DNA of 64,000 nucleotides from Candidatus Babeliales bacterium (GCA_041652535.1 JBAZHB010000003.1:573-64572); one strand, 5' to 3'. Numbered from the stretch's first letter, positions 50,793 to 61,117 are shown. Notes: generated by a model not told the origin, from the letters alone. Translations and numbers: made by a program.

Positions 50793-52067
50793 ATGGCAGA
50801 CCCAATCGGAACTCTTACAGTGGTCGTCGATGCAAGTGCATTGGATAAAGTGACGAAGAAATATCAAGGACAAGGTCTTGATGTTACTCAACGTATGGGT
50901 GGTGTTGCTGGTAAACCTGGGCAAGCAGCGCTGCAAATAAGTGGTGCGGCTAGTAAAATTGCAGCAGCAACAGCCGCGTTGCCAGGTGGCACTCGATATG
51001 GTGCTAGAGTTCAGACGGCAGGTGCTGGTGTCACGCCTGGTATAACAGGATTTGCTAATCGTCTTAAAAATACATTCACGATGAAGAACGCTAAAGATAT
51101 GAATAAGTCATTGTTCATGCTTCAGATGTCATCGTTGGGTGTTGCATTTTCATTCATGTCTATCATCGGACAGATGTTAGGATTGTTCTCTGGTCTACAA
51201 GATTTAGGAACAATGATTTCAACTGGTGCAATAGGAACAGCATTTGCTGGTATTGCAACAGGTGGTGAAGGTACAAACATCGCGGCATCAATGGGTGTAA
51301 CAACTGAAATGCAGACGGCTGCATGGGCAGGATTTACAGCAATAGTCAATCAGTTCAAAGCCGTGTTCGATGCACTTGCAGTTAAAGTATTATCACCCGA
51401 AATGGTGGCAGCAATCCTCGCTGTCATAGATGCAATAGCAATTACTCTCGCCGATCCAGCAGTCGTGAAAGCATTACAGGAAATTATTAAGGCAGTCCTC
51501 GAAATTGTGTTGGCTTTCTTACCACTGATTCCAGTTATTGCCAACGTAGTTAATTGGCTCGGAGATACAGGGTTACTGAAATTCTTACTACTCATAATCG
51601 TCGCAGCAGAAATATTACTCCCGACACTCGCATATCTTCAGTTTGCATTTACTGGAATAATGACGATAGTAACATTCTTACAGGCGGCAGCAGCATTGCT
51701 ACTTATACCGATGAGTACATTGATTATTATTATCGGTGTAATAATTATAGTAGTTGATTTCCTGATTCACTTCTTCGAGAATCTTGCTATGGGTATGGAT
51801 GTCGCAAGCGCATTTACAAATGCTCTCGGTCAGACCCTCGCTGATTTCGTCAATGTAATAATTGGTATCTATAATACAATCGCTTCGATCATACCTGGAT
51901 TACCAAAGGCCCAACAGTGGTCAACCAGTACAGGAAGCGAAAATCCAGCGACGACAAAAGCAACAACAATCGTCAACAACATTAACTTCAATAAGAATGT
52001 TGGTGTTGGTGATGGTAAGACGGCAGCAAAAATAGCAAATGATGCGGCGAACGCATCGATGGGGTGA
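50793..52067 (+). CDS. Tape measure protein
   Basis: 424 aa. Gly/Ala-rich with several hydrophobic helices. Canonical position. Confidence 0.7.
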   Translation: MADPIGTLTVVVDASALDKVTKKYQGQGLDVTQRMGGVAGKPGQAALQISGAASKIAAATAALPGGTRYGARVQTAGAGVTPGITGFANRLKNTFTMKNAKDMNKSLFMLQMSSLGVAFSFMSIIGQMLGLFSGLQDLGTMISTGAIGTAFAGIATGGEGTNIAASMGVTTEMQTAAWAGFTAIVNQFKAVFDALAVKVLSPEMVAAILAVIDAIAITLADPAVVKALQEIIKAVLEIVLAFLPLIPVIANVVNWLGDTGLLKFLLLIIVAAEILLPTLAYLQFAFTGIMTIVTFLQAAAALLLIPMSTLIIIIGVIIIVVDFLIHFFENLAMGMDVASAFTNALGQTLADFVNVIIGIYNTIASIIPGLPKAQQWSTSTGSENPATTKATTIVNNINFNKNVGVGDGKTAAKIANDAANASMG

Positions 52068-52071
52068 TTGA

Positions 52072-52443
52072 ATGTCAGTCGTATTAACTGATTACACAAC
52101 GCCCTTTACTACAATAACTTTTTATTCTAATGGTATCACTCTCACAAAAAAGAGTAATAACAAAATCACGCCAGTTAAAGGTTCCAATCCTGTTATCGTA
52201 AGACTAGGACGAACTACCCAAGTCCAGATGACTGGTCGTGTATATTCAGCAGCAGACTTCAATATCCTCAATGCTTGGGGTGGAGAAACTGTTGTCGTCG
52301 TATCTAGTTCTTCATACCTTCAATTACCAAATGCGTCGAAGTGGCTTATTAAGAATCTTGAAATCAAAGAAGCCAAAGGAAACCTCGGTTACTACGATGT
52401 TAAGTTCGATCTTGAATACTACTTCGCTGGTGCGGTGATATAA
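52072..52443 (+). CDS. Distal tail protein-like (hypothetical, 123 aa)
   Basis: Call rests on position after the tape measure gene. Confidence 0.35.
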   Translation: MSVVLTDYTTPFTTITFYSNGITLTKKSNNKITPVKGSNPVIVRLGRTTQVQMTGRVYSAADFNILNAWGGETVVVVSSSSYLQLPNASKWLIKNLEIKEAKGNLGYYDVKFDLEYYFAGAVI

Positions 52444-54161
52444 TGGCAGCATATACAGTCACAGTCAGTTCTGTTGATTATCCTCTTGCTGAATTTGAAG
52501 CAAGTTACACAGGTACAGAACTTGATAAATGTGAATTTGTATCGGCTGCATCATTCGCATTAAACGCAGCAATCACGATTGACGCAGATGGTTCTCCTCA
52601 ATTCATCGGATACATCAAGGAGAAAGAAGAAATAGAACAGGGAGCATTGTATAAATATACTGCATACGAGGAAGCAGTCACATTAAAAACAATGCCCTAT
52701 TTAAGTAGCAGCGCTGATGTATTTATCAAATCATCAATCTCTGTATTCAATCTCGCAACAGATATAGTAACCAGCACACCAGCATCGGGTTGGACTATTG
52801 ATGGAACAATGTCCGATGCGACTGTTGTTACCATGAATTTCTACATGGTTAACCGTCTACAAGCACTTAATAAGGTGCTGCGAGAGATGAGAGGTTACTA
52901 TGTCATATTCAACTCCTTAACAAAAACAATTAAGTGGTTGAACGCAACTGGTATCAACGTAAACAGAGTCAGTGAAGGTAACATCGTTTATCAGAGTAAA
53001 ACAATTCTATCATCGTCAATGCTACGTGGTATAACCCAAGTAGTTGTGATAGGAAAGGATTCAACGATACGAGGAGAGGCTGGCTCCAGCACATCATCAA
53101 GAGTTTACTATCAGATTGACGACATAGATACCAACGCACAAGCAGCATCAATCGCTGCGCAGATACTTGCAGACGTCGGTGTTTCATATACAAAATACAA
53201 AGTAACAGTTGACCCGTCACAAACTCAATTCGACGTTCGAGATAAAGTTTTGGTTGACGGTGTTCAGTATTGGGTTCAATCACTCATTCAAGGAATGGAC
53301 GGTATTGAACTTATTATTGATGACGGACGCACTTCAGTAGTCGATTCATTCGGCTCACGTATCCATCTCATCGAGGGCGATTTCCCATCTGGTTCTGACC
53401 AACAGTGGAGCAACGCCTCACAGAATGTTTCAGGAACACAGAGCATCGTCACCAAATTCATATTCAACTGCAAGGACGCTTCCATTCTCACAGCCTTCAA
53501 TCTCAAAATAAACATCGGTAAATGGAAAGCGGGAGTAACAGATTCAACTCTTTATCTCTCTGAAGTTGATACAGTTTCATCATCAGCAGAAGATTCTAGT
53601 GAATATTCTGATGCAACTACCCACACCTTTCCCGTCACTTTAACAGCAATGACCAATGGATGGCAGCATGGGATGTATGCTTTTGAATTCTGGCCTATAA
53701 GATCATCTGCTGGCTATGTATATGTTTACATAGAATTGGCTAACAACCCATCATTCAGTGGTGCAACTACATTACGAGGAATATCATATTATATGACAGG
53801 TGATGATGGTCGTCATTTTGTCAGTGGTTTATTCTCTGGTTCGACTTCATCAGCAACATGGTATTGTCGTGCAAGAGTTTATTCATCAGCAGTTCATCGT
53901 ATATTGGGTTACAGTTTCATCGTTGATAGAAACACACGACACAAACACACACTGACCCGTGAAACATCGGAACCCGAAGTAGCACCTGCATCAGTTGAAT
54001 ACAGTTGGAATGGTGGCGCCTGGACTGAAGTTGCCAGTGATGCAGTTCTTACACCGACTGTTATAACTGGTGACAACACACTCGAAGTTCGTACTCATAC
54101 AGATAATGTTCGGAGTTCAGTAATTCCAACCGCGAACTATCAAACCTTTGGCAAGTCCTAA
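52443..54161 (+). CDS. Tail hub/tip protein (hypothetical, 572 aa)
   Basis: Call rests on position and size. Confidence 0.4.
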   Translation: MAAYTVTVSSVDYPLAEFEASYTGTELDKCEFVSAASFALNAAITIDADGSPQFIGYIKEKEEIEQGALYKYTAYEEAVTLKTMPYLSSSADVFIKSSISVFNLATDIVTSTPASGWTIDGTMSDATVVTMNFYMVNRLQALNKVLREMRGYYVIFNSLTKTIKWLNATGINVNRVSEGNIVYQSKTILSSSMLRGITQVVVIGKDSTIRGEAGSSTSSRVYYQIDDIDTNAQAASIAAQILADVGVSYTKYKVTVDPSQTQFDVRDKVLVDGVQYWVQSLIQGMDGIELIIDDGRTSVVDSFGSRIHLIEGDFPSGSDQQWSNASQNVSGTQSIVTKFIFNCKDASILTAFNLKINIGKWKAGVTDSTLYLSEVDTVSSSAEDSSEYSDATTHTFPVTLTAMTNGWQHGMYAFEFWPIRSSAGYVYVYIELANNPSFSGATTLRGISYYMTGDDGRHFVSGLFSGSTSSATWYCRARVYSSAVHRILGYSFIVDRNTRHKHTLTRETSEPEVAPASVEYSWNGGAWTEVASDAVLTPTVITGDNTLEVRTHTDNVRSSVIPTANYQTFGKS

Positions 54162-54215
54162 TAAGCCACTTGCATAGTTGCTATGAACAATTATGCAGAA
54201 ACATAATTACTTTTT

Positions 54216-54247
54216 CTAGCAGCATGTAATAAGCATCTGCTGGAACA
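54216..54247 (+). promoter_or_regulatory. CTAGCAGCATGTAATAAG + CTGCTGGAACA composite promoter/leader element
   Basis: Shares its 5' half with 48341-48358 and its 3' half with 18391-18411 (minus strand). Confidence 0.4.
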
Positions 54248-54272
54248 TACAAATTGAAGTTTGGTGATCAAG

Positions 54273-54434
54273 TTGGCAGCAATAACTCAACCAGCAAAAG
54301 TTGAAGTCACTTGTGATATTTATCACTATCGCAACGGTGTACTACTGGAGCATGTTAGACCATACTCCGAGGCATCGCTATTTGACAAAGTCCTTTTCCA
54401 TGTTGGACTGAAAAACTTAACACGGAGCGCATAA
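54273..54434 (+). CDS. Mini-protein (53 aa, TTG start)
   Basis: GGTGAT + 4 nt + TTG mirrors the kinase leader. AAITQPAKVEVTCDIYHYRNGVLLEHVRPYSEASLFDKVLFHVGLKNLTRSA. Confidence 0.35.
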   Translation: MAAITQPAKVEVTCDIYHYRNGVLLEHVRPYSEASLFDKVLFHVGLKNLTRSA

Positions 54435-54435
54435 T

Positions 54436-54789
54436 ATGTTATTGTTAAAAGGTATTCAGAATAGTGCGATTGCACTCGGAGCGACATACCTCGGAGTTGC
54501 GATTGGTACAGATGATACCGCCGAGAACATTAACCAGAACGCGCTGATAGCAGAGGCGCAACGTGTTGCTTCCACAAATACTATCGGCACGACAACTGTG
54601 GCAAATGATACCTCGGAGCATGAAGGTGATTTCACCATTTCAGCAGTATCTCTTGCAGTCAAAGAAGCAGGAGTTTGCACTACCGCAGATGTCGGTGGAG
54701 ATTTCTGTGCAAGACAGATATTTGCTGTAATGAACTTTGTACAGAACGATAACGTCATTATTGTGTTTAAGTTTAAGACGAGTGGATAA
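54436..54789 (+). CDS. Hypothetical virion protein (117 aa)
   Basis: ORF track. Confidence 0.5.
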   Translation: MLLLKGIQNSAIALGATYLGVAIGTDDTAENINQNALIAEAQRVASTNTIGTTTVANDTSEHEGDFTISAVSLAVKEAGVCTTADVGGDFCARQIFAVMNFVQNDNVIIVFKFKTSG

Positions 54790-54791
54790 AC

Positions 54792-55097
54792 ATGGCAGAA
54801 CTTGGTGATGCCGTAGTCATCGTACCGACTTCAGTGAACGCTGCTGCAAGCCTCACCGTAAGACCGGCGAGTGGTGATGAATGGATCATTCATAATATAT
54901 TCTCCGAAGATGGATACCCCATTGAGGTGTATATTACGGATGGCACAAACACCATCAAGATAGATGCCAACGCATCTGGTGGTCTTTTAGGTTATGCTTT
55001 CCACTTAACTTACGCAGTATATATGACGATTAAGAATACTGATGCGAGCGCCCGTTATATATCATACAACGGAATCGTTTCCAAGGTCACAGCATAA
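54792..55097 (+). CDS. Hypothetical virion protein (101 aa)
   Basis: ORF track. Confidence 0.5.
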   Translation: MAELGDAVVIVPTSVNAAASLTVRPASGDEWIIHNIFSEDGYPIEVYITDGTNTIKIDANASGGLLGYAFHLTYAVYMTIKNTDASARYISYNGIVSKVTA

Positions 55098-55116
55098 TTT
55101 TTCAGGAGATATTGAC

Positions 55117-55716
55117 ATGTCTTTAGATCACATTTTAAGAGCATTAAAACTTGACAGTGGCGCGACTATCACGAAGATCGACGCAACTGGAACCCTCGCA
55201 GCGAACTCGGACTCGAATCTGGCTACACAGAAGGCAGTCAAGACTTACGTGGATGCACATGCAACTGCGGGTGTTGATACCGATGGTACTCTGGCGGCTG
55301 ACAGTGATGTACTCGTTCCGTCGCAGAAAGCAGTAAACACATTTGTCGAAACATCTGTGGCTGCCGCTACTGGTGCGAAAGGAGTAATTGCATTCCCTCT
55401 GTCGTTTGAAACCAACGAGCAGATGCAGACGCTTATCTACTTCCCGATGAAAGTTACTGTCAACAAGATTCGTTCAACTGTGACGAAGGCTCTTGCAGGA
55501 ACCAGCAATGGTACGATTACTTGTGGTAACGTCGGTGGAGCATCTGCAAACGGTGTAGTTACTGTTGCCCTTTCTGCGGCACTTGAAGATGACGACACGG
55601 CATCACCCACGACCAACAATGTGGTCCTGGCTGACGGCTATTACTACCTGACAACCGCAAAGGCTGACGCAGGTGGTAAGGTTCTCGTTACTCTCGAATA
55701 TACAGTAACAGCATAA
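55117..55716 (+). CDS. Tail fibre protein with fibre-repeat motifs
   Basis: AGGAG SD before ATG 55117. LATQKAVKTYVD and VPSQKAVNTFVE repeats. Confidence 0.55.
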   Translation: MSLDHILRALKLDSGATITKIDATGTLAANSDSNLATQKAVKTYVDAHATAGVDTDGTLAADSDVLVPSQKAVNTFVETSVAAATGAKGVIAFPLSFETNEQMQTLIYFPMKVTVNKIRSTVTKALAGTSNGTITCGNVGGASANGVVTVALSAALEDDDTASPTTNNVVLADGYYYLTTAKADAGGKVLVTLEYTVTA

Positions 55717-55730
55717 GACTAATTCATTTA

Positions 55731-55736
55731 TTTTTT
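55731..55736 (+). terminator. T6 run
   Basis: CATTTATTTTTTGAGGTG after the stop at 55716. Confidence 0.3.
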
Positions 55737-55747
55737 GAGGTGAAAAC

Positions 55748-56830
55748 ATGCCAGCAAAAATCGAAGGAAGAAGTACAAAGGATATTGGGATAGACTGTAT
55801 CGGCAGGCCCACTTACGATAATCTAGATAAATTTCTAGATGCTACCAATAGTGCTGGTTTCTTCGAGGGTGGCACTATTACTGATTCAGGTAGTGGGCAA
55901 ATTGATATTGCTTCGGCGAAAGGTGTAATAAGGACAACCAACTCTGGTGTCGGTAATTTAGTCGCATTTGATATAGATGCTACTACAAATGTTTCACTCA
56001 CTGATAACTCAATGAATTATATCTATGTTGATTACAACAGTGGCTCACCAATTTGGGCAGTAACAACAACTTATACAGATATTAACTTACAATCTAAAAT
56101 TATAGTTGGTAGGGTTTATCGTCTTGGAAATGTTTTATTCATTGGTAACTTTGGACAAGACATTCAAGATTCTGTATTGAGGGATCTTTATAGACTTCAA
56201 ACATTAAGACGACTTGAATGGGCTAGTGGAGCAATGCTCTCATTCACAACAGCAACTCGTCAACCAACTGTTACCGAGGGAATGTTCTTTGCTAACTATG
56301 AAAAGATTATAACAGCAGCCTTTAATGCAAGTGGCGCTGATAGATTCGTTGCTTGGTATAGAAATGGTTCTGGTGGATGGTTATATGTTACCGCACTCCA
56401 AGATATAGATAATACTTATTGGGATGATGGAACTGGAACTCTCAATGATTTAACTACTGGTGATTACGGGGTTCATTGGTTCTTTATTTTATCAGATGGT
56501 TCTATTCATTCTGTATATGGACAAGCCAACTATGGAACTCTCGCAAACGCAAGAGCAGCAACATTCCCGACTACAATACCTCCTGCACTTCAAGGACTTG
56601 GTATCTTTATCGGAAGAATAATTATAAAGAAATCAGCAACAGTATGCACAGAAGCATCGTCTGCATTTGATTACACATTTTCTGGAACTACTACTGTAAA
56701 CCACAATGAACTTGGTGGACTTCAGGGTGGAACCGTTGCTGAATATTATCATGCAACTTCAGCACAGCAAGCATGGCTCGCTATTGAAGCAGCAAAGAAC
56801 AGACAAGTATTAATATATCTGGGGTTATAA
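55748..56830 (+). CDS. Tail fibre/receptor-binding-like protein (360 aa)
   Basis: ORF track. GAGGTGA SD. Lies in the fibre cluster. Confidence 0.5.
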   Translation: MPAKIEGRSTKDIGIDCIGRPTYDNLDKFLDATNSAGFFEGGTITDSGSGQIDIASAKGVIRTTNSGVGNLVAFDIDATTNVSLTDNSMNYIYVDYNSGSPIWAVTTTYTDINLQSKIIVGRVYRLGNVLFIGNFGQDIQDSVLRDLYRLQTLRRLEWASGAMLSFTTATRQPTVTEGMFFANYEKIITAAFNASGADRFVAWYRNGSGGWLYVTALQDIDNTYWDDGTGTLNDLTTGDYGVHWFFILSDGSIHSVYGQANYGTLANARAATFPTTIPPALQGLGIFIGRIIIKKSATVCTEASSAFDYTFSGTTTVNHNELGGLQGGTVAEYYHATSAQQAWLAIEAAKNRQVLIYLGL

Positions 56831-56832
56831 TC

Positions 56833-57159
56833 ATGACAGCAATCACAGTTAAAAATCTTGCTAATGGGCAACTCGCTGGTTCCATTGGAGATTTATATAC
56901 AGCGCCAGCAGTAACCACGACGATTATTAAATCAATCACTCTGGTTAATACTCACTCGGCAGAACTCGGTGTGAATCTCTATGTTCTCAAAGCAGGTGGA
57001 ACTGCGAGGAAGATTATTCCAAGTAACATGACATTAGGTATTGGATACCTTTTAGTCTATGACGATGTATTGACGCTCGGTGCGGGAGATAAAATTCAAG
57101 GTGACGCAGGAACAGCCGCAAAAGTGGACTACGTTATTTCAGGTGTTGAGGAAGCATGA
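56833..57159 (+). CDS. Hypothetical tail-associated protein (108 aa)
   Basis: ORF track. Confidence 0.5.
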   Translation: MTAITVKNLANGQLAGSIGDLYTAPAVTTTIIKSITLVNTHSAELGVNLYVLKAGGTARKIIPSNMTLGIGYLLVYDDVLTLGAGDKIQGDAGTAAKVDYVISGVEEA

Positions 57160-58043
57160 GAGTATATGATGCAAGCGGGAAACTTCTGCAAATCAATGTT
57201 CCCAACAAACTTGCAGAATATACCGTCATTACTTATCTTGGTACGACTGATAGTACCATCTCTACATCCAAAGCAGTTAAGGATGTTACTGACACTCTTG
57301 CTACTAAAGCCGAGATCACTGACCTGGCCCCACTCGCTGACCCAACATTTACGGGAGTACCAGCAGCACCAACGGCTGCACCTGGAACAAACACGACACA
57401 GATTGCCACGACTGCACACGTCAAAGCAGCAGATGATTTAAAAGCAAATCTCGCTTCTCCTGCATTAACAGGAACACCAACTGCTCCGACAGCAGCACCG
57501 GGTACAAATACAACGCAGATTGCGACAACTGCACATGTTAAAGCAGCAAATGATTTAAAGGCTAATCTTGCCTCGCCTGGTTTAACTGGCGTTCCAACTG
57601 CTCCGACTGCGGCTGTGGGAACTAACACCACACAACTTGCGACGACAGCATTTGTTAAAGCAGAGATAGCAGCAGGTTCAGCAGTTCCGTCGGGTCTTAT
57701 TGCGATGTGGTATTCAAGTATCGCATCGATTCCATCTGGATGGGTTCTTTGTAATGGTTCGAGTTCCACTCCTGATCTTCGTGATAAGTTCGTTGTTGGT
57801 GCTGGTTCAACATACGCCGTCGCCGATGAAGGTGGAGAAGCCACACATACATTGACCACAGCAGAAATGCCAGCGCATACTCATGGTGTTCCAAACGTCT
57901 TTGGTACTGGTACAGCGTTTGGTATTTTAGTTGGTGGAAGTCATATCGACCAGACACCAATAACTTCAGGTAGTGCTGGTTCAGGAAGCGCACATGAGAA
58001 CCGACCACCATATTATGCAATCGTATTTATGATGAAAACATAG
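57156..58043 (+). CDS. Tail fibre with tandem fibre repeats and C-terminal tail-collar domain
   Basis: WVLCNGSSSTPDLRDKFVVGAG...GGEATHTLTTAEMPAHTHG...NRPPYY is a tail-collar pattern. Confidence 0.7.
   Translation: MRVYDASGKLLQINVPNKLAEYTVITYLGTTDSTISTSKAVKDVTDTLATKAEITDLAPLADPTFTGVPAAPTAAPGTNTTQIATTAHVKAADDLKANLASPALTGTPTAPTAAPGTNTTQIATTAHVKAANDLKANLASPGLTGVPTAPTAAVGTNTTQLATTAFVKAEIAAGSAVPSGLIAMWYSSIASIPSGWVLCNGSSSTPDLRDKFVVGAGSTYAVADEGGEATHTLTTAEMPAHTHGVPNVFGTGTAFGILVGGSHIDQTPITSGSAGSGSAHENRPPYYAIVFMMKT
57342..57671 (+). repeat. 117-bp (39-aa) tandem repeat, about 2.8 copies
   Basis: P[TAG][FL]TG[VT]P[AT]APTAAPGTNTTQIATTAHVKAA[DN]DLKANLAS repeated. Copies differ mostly at synonymous positions. 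Confidence 0.8.
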
Positions 58044-58050
58044 GTGACTT

Positions 58051-58257
58051 ATGCAAGCGAAGATTCAATCGGCAGCCAAACCTTTCACATTCACTTGTGC
58101 TAGGTGTGGCAAGCCCTTATTAAACCCTGTGGAAGAAACAAGTGTGTATGTCTTTGAAGTAGAAGATGTGCATGAGATTGACCCGAAGTTAATATGTGTA
58201 GATTGCGTAAGACCAACAGACCGTTATATATGGGGAACTAAAGAGGTGCTAGCATGA
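58051..58257 (+). CDS. Zinc-ribbon protein (68 aa) between fibre genes
   Basis: CARCGK ... CVDCVRP. Confidence 0.5.
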   Translation: MQAKIQSAAKPFTFTCARCGKPLLNPVEETSVYVFEVEDVHEIDPKLICVDCVRPTDRYIWGTKEVLA

Positions 58258-60164
58258 AAGTTTACAACGCAAGTGGTGTCCTATTAACGAGTGATCCTGA
58301 TGCAGCACCACTCGATAGTCCAGACTTCACTGGTATTCCAACGGCAGATACAGCAGCAGATGGAACGGATACCTGTCAACTCGCAACGACTGAATTTGTC
58401 CAGAACGCATTAGTGGATACGGCCTTAACTGGGAATCCAACTGCGCCCACTCCTGCTGATAATGACAATGACACATCAATTGCTACGTCAGCATTTGTTC
58501 AGGGTTCAAAGAATCTTCCTCACCCGACTTTAATACCATTAACAGTTGCATCTAAAGGTGGAATATACAACGGTGATTTTGAAACTGCACCGCCATTTAC
58601 CGCCGCGCAAACTTCAAACGGTTATATTGTTGGTACTGCCGCCGGAAGTGCAACAGATGATAGATATGGATGGTATGCCTATGCACCATCAGCAGCAATT
58701 TCAGTTCAGTTTGATACAGGTGTCACACACAATGGTCTTGTTTCATTGAAAGTATCTATGACAAATACAACTGGTCGTTGTGTAGTAGATCAGCCATATC
58801 AACGTCATTGGATGAAACTACAACCTTCCACTAAATATCGTTTATCAGTATGGGTAAAAACAAATAATGTTGCTACCGATGCAATTTATTGTACTTTATT
58901 ACAATATACATCTACATTTGGTGCAATAGGTTTTATTTACACACCAAAACTTTCTGGTACAAATGATTGGACATTATTATCTGTCGAGTTTACTTCTGAC
59001 GCAACAGCATATTGCGGTCGTGTTCAGATGTATAACTACGTTGCTGGTAATGTAAGTGACGCATGGTTTGATGATTTAATTATCGAAGAAGTAGTTGAGG
59101 ATACTGGTTACACAGGAACTTCACCAACACCATTACTAACGACAATCACTGGAAAATCAGATTACGTCGATATATATGATAATTATAAATTGGGTGGAGA
59201 TACAGATGCTACTTACTCCACTACTTATTGGCGTTCACAGCAATTCATACCGATACGACCAAAGATGGCGACTGCATCAGTGGTTTTGAAGAAAGTGGGT
59301 TCACCAACTGGTAACTTAACTTTTACAGTCGAAATCGATAATGGTTCAAATCTTCCAAATGGTGTTCCGATTGCTGCTACGACCCTGGATGTTTCGACAT
59401 TAACAACTTCATACCTCGAATATACAATAAATCTTCCATGTAATTTGACTGTTGGTGCGAAATATTTTGTTACATTTAAAAGACCATCAGCAGATGGTGT
59501 AACAAACTATGTCGTTATAAGATATAAAACTACTGGTGCGCCATTCACTGATTATACAGCAAACGGTGCTGGTTCGTGGGTTGCAAATAATGGTATTCAA
59601 TATGATTTGAAAACCAATTTTGTAAAGCATACTGAAAACCCAACAATCATTTGTAATGGAGAGAAACTTTCTTTACAATCATCAGAGGAAGGAGTATTCA
59701 ATAATGCAGTAATTGATCTCGATAAAGGAAAATATCTTTGGCAAAATGTTCCAACAACTGGTATTCCTCTTGAAGCAATCAATGTGTATGAAGCAAGTCA
59801 AGGAGGTCGTACAGATTCAGTATTGGCTGTAAATGGTTGGTATATGACCATGCTTGCCAGTGATACAAATGAATATCTAGCAACTAACGATGCAGTAATA
59901 AGATACTTAACTTTCAAAGTAGATACTTTACTGCCTATAAAACATTTGAAATTTAAATTTTTATTGTATTCAAATAGTGCTTCGGCAGAAAAACTAATAC
60001 AAATATCAACTGATAACACCACTTGGACAACGATGAAAACTCTTGTTGGCGTTGGTCTTGGACGAACATTTTTTACTTGTGAGTCAGATGTAGCAAATGG
60101 TTATAGTGTTTTCTTCATCCGTTTCTATAAGCAGCAGTCGCCGATTATCTTGCTGGTGGTATAA
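58254..60164 (+). CDS. Large tail fibre/receptor-binding protein
   Basis: N-terminus MKVYNASGVLL plus fibre repeats are paralogous to 57156. 636 aa. Confidence 0.6.
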   Translation: MKVYNASGVLLTSDPDAAPLDSPDFTGIPTADTAADGTDTCQLATTEFVQNALVDTALTGNPTAPTPADNDNDTSIATSAFVQGSKNLPHPTLIPLTVASKGGIYNGDFETAPPFTAAQTSNGYIVGTAAGSATDDRYGWYAYAPSAAISVQFDTGVTHNGLVSLKVSMTNTTGRCVVDQPYQRHWMKLQPSTKYRLSVWVKTNNVATDAIYCTLLQYTSTFGAIGFIYTPKLSGTNDWTLLSVEFTSDATAYCGRVQMYNYVAGNVSDAWFDDLIIEEVVEDTGYTGTSPTPLLTTITGKSDYVDIYDNYKLGGDTDATYSTTYWRSQQFIPIRPKMATASVVLKKVGSPTGNLTFTVEIDNGSNLPNGVPIAATTLDVSTLTTSYLEYTINLPCNLTVGAKYFVTFKRPSADGVTNYVVIRYKTTGAPFTDYTANGAGSWVANNGIQYDLKTNFVKHTENPTIICNGEKLSLQSSEEGVFNNAVIDLDKGKYLWQNVPTTGIPLEAINVYEASQGGRTDSVLAVNGWYMTMLASDTNEYLATNDAVIRYLTFKVDTLLPIKHLKFKFLLYSNSASAEKLIQISTDNTTWTTMKTLVGVGLGRTFFTCESDVANGYSVFFIRFYKQQSPIILLVV

Positions 60165-61117
60165 ATACAATTGAAGCAGATTTAGATATTTCATCTGTTC
60201 CAATACCATTAGTTTATCCTCTTGGGATTAACCAGTTCACAGAAGAAATAAATACTCAAAATGCAGTTACTCGTATTTATTATAGAAAAAATAAATTCTG
60301 TAATAAAAATGAAATTGTAGTTCCTCATTTGGAATTTACAAATTCAACGGGAGTCTTTATTAAATCTCTCGCAATACCAATTGATAATTCTTACGAGGCT
60401 GATCCATCAATTAATATTATTATTGCTGAAACTACAAATGGACAACAGGTGGGAACTGGTAGTGCGGATTCAACAACTGGATATATCCTAAATGATGGAG
60501 AGTATATGACACTCTCATCTGCTGTTTCACAATTGAAAATAACATATCGTGTTGGTACTGGAACAACTTCATTTGGTAACATCACTAAAAATTTAATTTT
60601 GTTATCGAATAACAGTCATAAATTGTCAGCAACCAAAGATGGTTCATCTCTTTGTACTTATAATTTCTGGTATAAAGTTCAATCACTTATACGAACCATC
60701 ACTGATTTAACCCAGAAAGTAAATTATTTATCAACTAAATGCAAAGAAGGAGTATGGCAACCATGGTATCCAACTGTGGCTTGGCAGACAGCAACACCAA
60801 CTATTACTTCAGAAAGTTATCGTTGGACTAAAATAGGCAACACAGTGTTTGTCAATATAGGAGTTGTTTGTTCTGACGGTAACGGTTGTACTGGTGTAAT
60901 AATACCATTACCAGTAAATGTTAGTGGTTCTTTGACATCTTCTTACTTTGCAGAAGTAGTCGGTAGGCAACGTGTTGACGCAACACAGAACGTAACATAC
61001 CCATACATCGGTGTTAATGTATCATATATCAGATGTTACCCAACAGAAGGATTTGCTGTGATGACCGATACGAAAACCAGTTTATTGATTTTCCAAATGT
61101 TCTATGAGGTGGACTAA
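60131..61117 (+). CDS. Open frame continuing the fibre gene in the -1 frame (no ATG/GTG; first TTG at 60329)
   Basis: Frame opens at 60131, 34 nt before the upstream stop. No SD. Confidence 0.4.
   Translation, partial: AAVADYLAGGINTIEADLDISSVPIPLVYPLGINQFTEEINTQNAVTRIYYRKNKFCNKNEIVVPHLEFTNSTGVFIKSLAIPIDNSYEADPSINIIIAETTNGQQVGTGSADSTTGYILNDGEYMTLSSAVSQLKITYRVGTGTTSFGNITKNLILLSNNSHKLSATKDGSSLCTYNFWYKVQSLIRTITDLTQKVNYLSTKCKEGVWQPWYPTVAWQTATPTITSESYRWTKIGNTVFVNIGVVCSDGNGCTGVIIPLPVNVSGSLTSSYFAEVVGRQRVDATQNVTYPYIGVNVSYIRCYPTEGFAVMTDTKTSLLIFQMFYEVD

Noticed and set aside
57233-57859. 208-aa antisense ORF across the tail-fibre repeats
   Set aside because: It is an Ala/Val/Gly-rich mirror of the repeat region. 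The sense frame has the tail-collar domain.
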